Of a DNA stretch of 13,583 nt, positions 1 through 8,416 are shown in pieces. The stretch lies in assembly GCA_000388065.2 (NCBI GenBank), contig KB932218.1, one strand, 5' to 3'. A program made the translations under genes and the position numbers. Below the pieces are notes generated by a model that saw only the letters and a list, made by a program, of their open reading frames with translations, searched no databases and was not told the DNA's origin. Every line of letters starts with the position of its first letter. The first letter of the stretch is position 1. Source of the DNA: Fonticula alba ATCC 38817. Taxonomy: Eukaryota; Protista; Nucleariida.

Positions 1-61
1 GGGGGGGGGGGCGAAGATGCGGCGAGGCCCGGCCCCGAGGGAGGCCTGCCATGGGACGCAC

Positions 62-232
62 CAGCGAACAGCTTGATGGCCACGGTGTCCGGGCAGTCGA
101 GCCGCGCACGGATGCCGGCCCCGACCGCCCGGGCCGAGTAGACGCTGGCCTGCTTGCCCTCGCCGAGGTGCATGTCCACCGGGGCGAAGTCCGCCTCGAT
201 GTCCACAAGCGCGCGCCCGGGAAGCGAGAGCT
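62..232 (-). CDS. Kinase subdomain I-II exon
   Basis: 171 nt between GGCAG| and |GTGCGT; encodes LGEGKQASVY and VAIK. Confidence 0.85.
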
Positions 233-666
233 CTGCCAATCGGGGGTCAGCAACCGAAGGGTCTTTTCTTCCTCCACCCACTCCCGAGCCAAAGGAAGCG
301 GAAGGCAGGGAAAGGCGTACCGACAATCGTATTCAGGACGGTGGCATGTTCTGCGGCCCGACCGGTGCGTGCGTGCGTGCGTGCGTGCGGGTGTGTGCGT
401 GAGTAAGTGGGGGCCTCCGGCCGGGGTGCGGGGGGGGGGAGAAGCAGCGCGGGGAACCCGCGGGGGCCGAGCCAGCGCACCATCCAGCTCTTCGGGGGCC
501 TGTGTGCCACCGGCGCAGGCAGGAATGGCCAGGAGGGGGGGGGGGGATGGTGCACGCGCGCGATTGTCAGTATCCAGGGAGGTCACGGTGCGCGAAAGGG
601 GGGGGGGGACGCATTCACGGGGCGCACCTTGGCCCGGCGGGCCCGGCGCACGCGGCACCACGCCAC

Positions 667-700
<34 letters not shown>

Positions 701-3700
701 CTCAGGCCCAGGCCCAGGCCCAGGGCCAGCGAGGCGGACCGCCCGGCCGGCCGGGGCCATGCCGTGCAATCCTCCTCCCGCGGCCCGAGGCACTGGTCGC
801 AGTCCCGCGCGCAGGGGGCACACTCCAGGCCGTCCTGGAAGAGGCCGGTCGGGCACTCGGCCACGCAGGCGAAGACGGCCGAGGAGTGGTCCGCCGGCCG
901 CAGCAGGACCAGCCCGTCGGCACAGCGCCGGCACTCGGTGGCCAGCGGGCAGAGCAGCTCGCCGCCGGTGGCCGCGCTCGGCCCGTCGCACTCGGACGGC
1001 AGCCCGCTCGACAGGGCGCACTCCTCGCAGTGGGCCACCGCGCAGGGGAGGCACACGCCGCCGGCAGTGGGCCCGACATACTTGGCGCCGGGGCAGCGGC
1101 CGCCGGCCAGGCATGCCCGGGTGTCCCCGAGCAGCAGGGCCCCCGGGCTGGCGCACACCGTGCACCGGCTGGCGGCCAGGGCGCACTCGGCACACAGGGC
1201 CCTGTCACAGGCCCAGCAGGCGGCGGCCCCGGGCGGCAGGAACTCCCCCGGCGGGCAGTGCTCCAGACACCGGTCGCCATCGGCCGAGGCGACGTGCCCC
1301 GGCGCGCAGGCCGTGCAGAAGGGCCCGGCCCCGGAGTCATGGCACACCCGGCAGCCAGGGACCCCGGCCGGGGCTGGCCGGTCGCAGGGCAGACACTCCC
1401 GGCCGGGGCCGGCCGGCGAGGCCGGCTCCGGCCGGCCGGGCCACCACCCCTCCGGGCAGGACCCCTCGCACGCACCGGCCGGCGTCAATGCCAGCCCCTC
1501 TGGGCAGGCGGTGCAGCCCCCCGGCCCGGGGCCCGCGCACTCGGTGCACGAAGCATGGCACTCGGCGCAGAGGGAGGCCCCGGTGGCCGGGTCCTGCTGG
1601 AGGAAGGTGCCGGCCGGGCAGCGCGCCGTCAGGCACCGGTCATTGACCAGCGGCACGCCGGCCGGGCAGGCAGTGCACCGGTCGGCCGTCTGGCAGCCCT
1701 GGCAGTCGGCCGTGCACGGGGCACAGGCCCCGGCCTCCGGGTAGTAGCCCTCCGGGCAGGCCCCGGCCCCCATGCACCGGCCGCCATGCAGCAGGCTGTC
1801 GGGCCCGGCGCAAGCCAGGCACTGGTCCTCGCGCGGCCCGGCGCACTGTGCACAGGCCCCGGCACAGCCGACGCACGACCCGCCCACCGGGGCACTGGCC
1901 CCCGGGCAGGAGGAAACACACGGGTCCGGGTCCGGGCCCGGGCCCGGGGGCCGGAGGAGCATGTTGCGCTCGCACTGCGAGCAGGCCAGCGGCCCGGCCT
2001 CGCACACCAGGCAGCCGGCGCCGCATGGCGAGCACACGCCCCCCGGGCCGGGGAAGCTCCCCAGCGGGCAGGCATCCAGGCACCGAAGGCGCCGGCCATC
2101 GGACCCGGGCACCGGCACGCCGAAGAGCCCGGCCCGGCAGGCGGTGCACTCGGTCGACCGGACCCCCTGGCAGGTGGCACACGTGAAGTGGCAGGCCTGG
2201 CAGCGGCCGGCCACCGGGACGAACCCCCCGGCGCAGGCCTGCTGGCAGTGGCCATCCTGCGCCACGTGCTCCGGCCGCGAGCAGTCCCAGCAGCTGGCAT
2301 CCCCGGGCCCGATGCACGCCGAGCAGGAGGCATGGCAGGCGACACAGGGAAGCCCCGGGGTGGTGGCGTCGCGGAATTGCCCGGCCGGGCAGGGCCACCG
2401 GCAGGCGCCGGCCTCCAGCACCAGCCCCGGCGAGCAGGTCAGGCAGCTGTCCACCCCGGGCCCGGTGCAGGTGGCACACTCATCGGCACAGCGAGCGCAC
2501 TCCGGCCCGTCCGGGAAGTGGCCGGCCGGGCAGGACCCGGCGCAGCGCCCATCCGGCGTCAGCACCAGCCCCGGCTGGGAGGCCCCGTCGCATGACAGGC
2601 ACTGGCCGTCGGCCGAGCAGGTGGCACACCCGGCCGGGCAGCCGACACAGGCCCCGGGCAGGGGGCCGGCCGGCCGCCACCCCGGCGCACAGCGCGTGCA
2701 CCGGTCCGCGCCGCCGGCACACAGGTGGCACCCCGCGCCGCAGGCCCGGCACTGCTTGGTGTCCATGGTGTCGGGGAATTCCCCCACCGGGCAGGCATCC
2801 GTGCAGAGGGCGGCCCCGGCCGTGGGGAAGACCCAGCCCGGCTGGCAGACGGTGCAGGCATCCGGCCGCCGGCACTCGGCGCACGACCCATGGCAGGCCG
2901 TGCACACCAGATCCGCATCCGGGAAGCGCCCGGGCTCGCACGATGGCAAGCACCGGGGGAGATCCGGCACCGGGCGCCCGGCCGCATGCGGGCCCAGGCC
3001 ATAGCCCCGGGAGCAGGCCGTGCAGTGAACATGCCCGGAGGTCGGGTCCACCTGGCAGCCGGTGCAGCCCTTCGGGCAGAGCTGGCACTGCTGAGCCCCG
3101 GGGTATTGCCCCTCGGGGCAGGTGCCGGTGCAGAGGCCCCGGTCCTGGGGACGCGCCGGGGCCAGGAACACCATGCCCTCGGCACACGTGTCGCACGCGG
3201 TGGCCGAGGAGCAGGTGGCACATGTGGCCGCGCAGGCGGTGCACACGTCGGCCACCGGGAAGGTGCCCATCGGGCAGCCCCCGACACATGTGCCCGCATG
3301 CAGTACAAGGNNNNNNNNNNNNNNNNNNNNNNNNNNNNNNNNNCGGCACACGTGTCGCACGCGGTGGCCGAGGAGCAGGTGGCACATGTGGCCGCGCAGG
3401 CGGTGCACACGTCGGCCACCGGGAAGGTGCCCATCGGGCAGCCCCCGACACATGTGCCCGCATGCAGGAAGGCCCCCTCCGAGCAGGCAAGGCAGACGGT
3501 GGCCGAGCTGCAGGCGAGGCAGCCCTTGCCGCACGCCTGGCAGGCCAGCGGCCCGGCGAAGAAGCCCGCCGGGCAGTCGGCCACACAGTGGCCCTCGTGC
3601 AGGAGGTGCCCGTCCTGGCAGCCGGTGCAGCCGGCCCCGGCGTCGCAGGTGCTGCACCCGGCCGGGCAAGATCGGAAGAGCGTCGTGTGCAGGCGAGGCA

Positions 3701-6700
3701 GCCCTTGCCGCACGCCTGGCAGGCCAGCGGCCCGGCGAAGAAGCCCGCCGGGCAGTCGGCCACACAGTGGCCCTCGTGCAGGAGGTGCCCGTCCTGGCAG
3801 CCGGTGCAGCCGGCCCCGGCGTCGCAGGTGCTGCACCCGGCCGGGCAGGCAGCACACTGGCCGTCCGCCGGCCGCGTGCCCGGGGGACATGCCAACAGGC
3901 AGGCCCCCTGGTGAAGGAGGCGGCCCGCCTTGCAGGACTGGCATGCCGATGGAAGGGAGCAGGCAGTACACTCATCCGGGCAGGGGGAACATGCGCGGTC
4001 ACCAGTCACGTATGTCCCCTCGGGGCACTGCGCAAGGCAGGCGCCCTGGTGCAGGTAATACCCGAAAGTGCAAGTGGAGCACATCCCGTCCCAGAGGCAC
4101 TTGCTGCAGGTCGCCGGGCAGGCATGGCAGGAAGACGTCCCGGGGTAGGTGCCATCCGGGCAGGAGGACCAGCAGGCGTCCTGGTAGAGCCAGTGGCCGG
4201 AGGAGCACTCGGTGCACTGGGAGGCCGAGGTGCACCGGCTGCAGGTGCCCGGACATTCGGCGCATGCGGTGGCCCCGGGGAAGGTCCCCGAGGGGCAGGG
4301 ATCGACGCAGGCCCCATTGTGCAGGCGGAAGGCGCCGATGCATGCGGTGCAGGCACTGGCCGAGGAGCAGGTCGAACAGCCCCCCGGGCAGGGCATGCAT
4401 TGGTCGCCCTGCTGGAAGGTGGACACCGGGCAGCTGCCGACGCAGGTCCCCTGCGGGGTCAGCAGGAAGCCCGGCATGCAGGCGGCGCACCGGCTGGCGT
4501 CTTGGCAAGTGCGGCAGTCCCCCTGGCACGCGGCGCAGGCGGCCCCATTGGGGAAGGTCCCGGCCGGGCAGGAGCTGGTGCAGGCGCCATTGACCAGCTC
4601 CAGGCCGGTGGCGCAGCCGGTGCAGGCCGCCGGCCCGGTGCACCCGGTGCAGGTCGCCGGGCAGGCGACACACTCCCCGGCGTCGGGGTAGGTGGCCGCC
4701 GGGCAGGCAGAGAGACACTGGCCCTGGTGCAGGTGATTGCCGGCGGGGCAGCTATCGCAGGCGCTGGCCGAGCTGCAGGAGGCACAGCTGGGCATGCATG
4801 CCTGGCAGTTGGCGCCCGAGATGAATGTCCCGGTGGGGCAGCTGGAGGAGCAGGTGGTACCATGCATGTAGAGGGAAGGCAGGCACTGGGTGCAGTGGGT
4901 GTCACTTTGGCAGGCCGCGCAGCCCCCCGGGCAGGGCATGCATCGGCCATTGGCCGGGTAGAAGCCGTTGGAGCAGCCCTGCACACAGGCGCCCTCGTGC
5001 AGGAAGAGGCCCGACAGGCAGGCGTCGCACCGCGACGCCGAGGTACATACATCACAGCCGCCGGAGCATGACAGACAGTGGGTGCCGCTGGGGAAGAAGC
5101 CCGATGGGCAGTCAGGGCGGCAGGCATTCTCGTGGAGCAGGAGCCCCGACTGGCAGGCGGTGCAGGCATACGAGGCGGAGCAGGTGGTGCACCCGGACGA
5201 GCAGGCGTCACACGCCCCGTGCGAGGGGAAGAACCCCGGCGGGCAGGCGGCCGTGCAGGCGCCATCGTGCACGACATACTGGCCGCCGCAGGCGGTGCAC
5301 CGGCTGCCGGAGGTGCAGATGGTGCAATGGTCCGAGCAGGCGGCGCAGGTCCCATTGTCGATGAAGGTCCCGGTCGGGCAGTGCGACACGCAGGCCCCGC
5401 CACTGAGGTAGGTGCCATTGGCGCAGGCGTCGCACTGGCTGGCACTGGTGCAGGAGCCGCAATTGTGGGAGCAAGCCTTGCAGACGCGGTTGTCCGCGAA
5501 GAAGCCCGCCCGGCAGGTGGTCACACAGGCGCCATTGTCCAGGAGGGTACTCGAGGTGCAGGCGGTGCAGCTGCTGGTCGAGGTGCATGTCAGGCAATCG
5601 GGCGAGCAGGGTTGGCATTTTTGCCCGGCCGGGAAGGTGGCGCTCGGGCAGGTGGCCCAGCAGCTGCCCTGGTAGAGGTATGTGCCATTGTCACAGCCGG
5701 TGCACATATGCTCCGACAGGCAGGAGGTACAGCCGGCCGGGCAGGCCGCACACCGGGTCCCGGAGACATAGGTCCACGAGGGGCAGGACCCGACGCAGGT
5801 GTTCGCATGGAGGTAAAAGCCGGAGCGGCATGTGGAGCATTGGTCGGAGGCGGTGCACATTGTGCAGTCGGTCGGGCAGCTTTTGCACTCGCTGCCCGAG
5901 ACGAAGGTCCCCTCCGGGCAGCTGGGCACGCACTGGCCGCCATACACGAACCAGCCGGTGGCGCATCCATTGCATGTGGTGGCCGACTGGCAGTACTGGC
6001 AGTTCGCGAGGCAGGGCATGCAGGTGCCCTGCGCGAGGAATGTCCCCGGGGGACAGGCCGGCACGCAGTTGCCCGCATAGAGGACTCGGCCGCCGGCACA
6101 GGAGGTGCATTGGTCGGAGTTGGGGCCGGTGCACGCGGCACAGCCCTCCTGCGGGCAGCCGGCGCATGTGCCCGCCGAGTGGCCATACTGTCCCGGGGGG
6201 CAGGATGCGACACACGTGCCGTTGGTCAGATAGTAGGGGCTCCGGCATTGGGTGCACACCTTCTGCCCGGTGCATGCATTGCAGTTGGCCGGACAGGGCT
6301 CGCAGGAGGGGCCGCCGGTGGGGCTGACGTAGCCCGCCGGGCAGGCCCCCGGGTGGCACAGCCCGCCGGCCAGATAGGACCCGGCGCTGCACTCGGTGCA
6401 CTCCAGCCCCAGGCTCGGGCGCGAGTGGCAAGTGTCGCACGAGCCCAGGATGCTCGGGCAGGGGAGGCAGCGGTTGTCCCTGTCCGAGGGGCTGAAGGTT
6501 GTGGCCGGGCAGGCGGCCAAACACCTGCCGGTAGCCGGGATCAGCAGCTCGTGACTGAGGCACTCGGTGCAGCCGGCGCCGGTGTCACATAGGAGACACG
6601 CCGCCGGGCAGGGCACGCAGCCGCTGGGCTGGGAAAACTCGCCGGGCTGGCAGGAGCCCGCGGCGCAAGCCAACCCGCCAGAAGGGTGATACCCCGGGAT

Positions 6701-7096
6701 GCAGGTCACACAGAGCCCGGTGCCTGACTCGCATGCCTCGCAGTTCGCGCCGCAGGGGAGACACTGGATGTTATTGGCATCCGGGTAGTAGCCCGGCGGG
6801 CAGGAGGGTCGACACTCGTTGTTGTGCAGCAGGAAGCCCGACTGGCAGCGGGTGCACCTGCTGGCGAAGGGGCAGGACGCGCAGTCAGCCGTGCAGATCG
6901 GCATCGGACCCGAGGAGGCGATGGCCAGGGGGCCGGGCTGCGGCGCGGCCGGGCGCGGGGCCGAGCCCGCCGACGCATCGGCGGTGATCGGCAAAGCGGC
7001 CACCCGTGCGAGGGGCGCGGCCAGCAGAGCCAGCAGCAGCGCCAGCGACACCGCCAGGAGCAGCAAGCGCCGCTGCCGCGAGGGGGCGCCAGGCAT
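62..7096 (-). CDS. Giant single-pass receptor-like protein kinase (signal peptide, furin-like Cys-rich repeats, TM, kinase); 3' part lies outside the window. Exons: 7096-628, 499-481, 350-321, 232-62
   Basis: Splicing at GT..AG introns 627-500, 480-351 and 320-233 gives ...WCRVRRARRAK|APEELD|EHATVLNTIV|ELSLPGRALVDIEADFAPVDMHLGEGKQASVYSARAVGAGIRARLDCPDTVAIKLFA. This contains a kinase Gly-rich loop (GEGKQASV) and the VAIK lysine. All phases match. A further GT donor at 61 leads out of the window. Confidence 0.88.
321..350 (-). CDS. 30-nt microexon of the receptor kinase ((E)HATVLNTIV + 1 nt)
   Basis: Flanked by CGCAG| and |GTACGC; phase 1 at both ends; joins in frame to the kinase exon. Confidence 0.8.
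366..389. repeat. (TGCG)6 microsatellite, intronic
   Basis: Read directly; lies within intron 480-351. Confidence 0.9.
481..499 (-). CDS. 19-nt microexon of the receptor kinase (APEELD + 1 nt)
   Basis: Flanked by CACAG| and |GTGCGC; keeps the frame into the next exon. Confidence 0.75.
628..7096 (-). CDS. Exon 1 of the receptor kinase: signal peptide, Cys-rich ectodomain and TM
   Basis: The ATG at 7096 (MPGAPSRQRRLLLLAVSLALLLALLAAP) is in the 2480..7657 frame. The protein continues in the 2559..3971 frame and then the 583..4002 frame. Removing the 179-nt and 164-nt artefact blocks predicts exactly these frame shifts: 6469-343=6126 nt=2042 codons, ending in phase 0 at AAG|GTGCGC. Confidence 0.88.
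658..729 (-). other. Transmembrane helix LALGLGLGLSLLLLLLLLLLLVAW
   Basis: 24 uncharged residues followed by a basic stop-transfer segment CRVRRARRAK, consistent with type I topology. Confidence 0.9.
670..699. repeat. (CAG)10 microsatellite encoding poly-Leu of the TM helix on the minus strand
   Basis: Read directly; adjacent (CAGGCC)n encodes GLGLGL. Confidence 0.95.
3180..3467. repeat. 124-bp identical duplication (3180-3303 and 3344-3467) flanking the N-gap; probable unmerged contig overlap
   Basis: The copies read identical on both sides of 33 Ns (3311-3343). Merging gives the continuous frame SEGAFLHAGTC...CDTCAEGMVF. Confidence 0.85.
3311..3343. other. Assembly gap (33 N)
   Basis: Run of N. 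Confidence 1.
3509..3847. repeat. 160-bp identical direct duplication (3509-3668 and 3688-3847) joined by the adapter; artefact
   Basis: The copies read identical, offset 179 nt, which causes a frameshift. Deleting 3669-3847 restores QCAACPAGCSTC in frame. Confidence 0.93.
3669..3688 (+). other. Illumina TruSeq adapter fragment AGATCGGAAGAGCGTCGTGT (contamination)
   Basis: Exact 20-nt match to the start of the standard read-2 adapter read-through sequence, located at a duplication junction. Confidence 0.97.
6995..7096 (-). other. N-terminal signal peptide (about 34 aa)
   Basis: Basic n-region (RQRR), hydrophobic core LLLLAVSLALLLALLAA, and a probable cleavage site V-A-A|L. Cleavage position judged by eye. 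Confidence 0.8.
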
Positions 7097-7205
7097 GCTT
7101 GCGCGGGACCGGGGCGGGGGAAGGGGGAAGGGGGAAGGGCGGAGGAGGAGGAGGCTAGGCGAGGGTAGCCCTCCCGGGCGTCGGGCCCCGGGCTGGTGGG
7201 ATGCC

Positions 7206-7281
7206 NNNNNNNNNNNNNNNNNNNNNNNNNNNNNNNNNNNNNNNNNNNNNNNNNNNNNNNNNNNNNNNNNNNNNNNNNNNN
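7206..7281. other. Assembly gap (76 N)
   Basis: Run of N. Confidence 1.
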
Positions 7282-7563
7282 GCGTCGGGGGCTCCGGCTG
7301 TCGGCAACCCGCGGGGCCCCGGGGCCCGGCGGCCCGGTGCCTGCCGCGTCTTGGCTGGGGGGGGGGGGGGGGGACCAAGGGGCCGGCGCGGCGCGCGAGT
7401 CTAGCCCAGGGTCTTTTTCGCTGGCCTTCCCGCCCGTGGCGCGCACGCCCCGGGCCCCCGGTCGGCCCCGTGCGTCGGGGGCTCCGGCTGTCGGCAACCC
7501 GCGGGCCCCCGGGGGCCCGCGGCCCGGTGCCTCCCGCCTCTTGGCCGGGGGGGGGGGGGGGGG
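7282..7563. repeat. Imperfect 92-bp direct repeat (7282-7373 and 7472-7563), each copy ending in G17
   Basis: First 34 nt identical, 6 mismatches in 92 nt by manual alignment, offset 190 nt. Confidence 0.85.
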
Positions 7564-8022
7564 AAAAAAGACCGGACACGTTTGAAACTCCGGACATTTG
7601 GGCCGGCGTCCCGCCATGGGGGCCCGCAGGTCGGGAGCGCGGCGCGCCGGCGCACATTTCCCGTGCTGATCGGGCGGCGGCCCGGCGTGATCGGCCAGCG
7701 GTGTGACCCCGGCGCCCGGCAGGCCGCCTGGCCGGGGCATGCCCCGGCCTCGCGGACTAGCCCGAAATGGGAAAGGCGATGCCCACCCCGGGCCGCCCCC
7801 CCCCCCCAACCATGTTCCCCGCCTGGTGCGGCGGGAGAACGAGCGAGAACCCCGGGACGGGCGGCAATTTTGAACCGCCCGGCATGCCGGGCCGGCGCCC
7901 CCTGGCCCCAGGCCGCGGGCCTGCGCGGAGACGGCGCCCTGCCGCGTCGGCTGGGCCGGCCGGGCGGCTCGCGCACCCCGCACCCTTAGACGGCCGCTCG
8001 CCCGGACCGGAGGGCGGGCAGG

Positions 8023-8024
<2 letters not shown>

Positions 8025-8064
<40 letters not shown>
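8025..8064. repeat. (CA)20 microsatellite in the divergent intergenic region
   Basis: Read directly. Confidence 0.97.
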
Positions 8065-8065
<1 letters not shown>

Positions 8066-8416
8066 CCGGGAGAGTAATGGGTCCCCGGCGTCCGGTGCCG
8101 GAGTGCCTCACCGGCCGAGCCACATTATATCCCCTCGACCACACGCCCCCGCCTGCCCTCATGCTCACCTTCTGCCGCATGAGCTTGGCTGCTCGCCTCC
8201 TGGACCTGCGCCTTGCCTGTGAATTCGGCGGCTCCCTCCGCTCTCCTGATCGTTGGCCCCGCGCCGCCGGCTGCCCGGCGTCCTGAATGCGCAAGTGCCC
8301 CGTCCGCGCCCCTCCCCTCCCGCTCCTCCGAAGCCCGCTCCTCCCGAAGAGGCCTCCGCGACCGGGCGCCCACCGAGAGCACGGCCCGGGCCGCGCAAGC
8401 CCCCTCACACCTCGCC

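Larger units (their letters stand above)
3411..6025 (-). repeat. 18 tandem 45-46 aa furin-like Cys-rich repeats (135-nt period)
   Basis: Units from TCMPCLANC... to ACQACGKGC...PVAD follow xCx2Cx3Cx2Cx5Cx2Cx10Cx3C, usually followed by PxGx(F/Y). After removing the 179-nt artefact the span is 812 aa = 16x45 + 2x46. Confidence 0.9.

Noticed and set aside
502-2595. 697-aa plus-strand ORF with a polyQ/QA tract
   Set aside because: It is the antisense reading of the TM poly-Leu and Cys-repeat exon; a shadow frame in very GC-rich DNA.
3304-3847. Pseudogene, programmed frameshift or mobile-element insertion in the receptor gene
   Set aside because: Both frame breaks are fully explained by an adapter-linked duplication and a gap-flanking overlap.
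3180-3847. CRISPR-like repeat-spacer array
   Set aside because: There are only two copies of long coding segments in a eukaryotic context, and the apparent spacer is a sequencing adapter or gap.
51-6592. Many long overlapping ORFs on both strands (e.g. 51..1646, 407..1744, 2725..4593, 3122..5071, 5078..6592)
   Set aside because: Pro/Arg/Gly/Ala-rich with no motifs; explained by stop-codon scarcity opposite or alongside the real receptor exon.
7097-7657. N-terminal extension of the receptor from the ORF start at 7657
   Set aside because: It crosses an N-gap, is low-complexity, and would displace the clear signal peptide starting at 7096.
8213-8416. Upstream extension of the orphan ORF
   Set aside because: It starts at TTG, which is not a normal eukaryotic start. 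The first ATG is at 8417.
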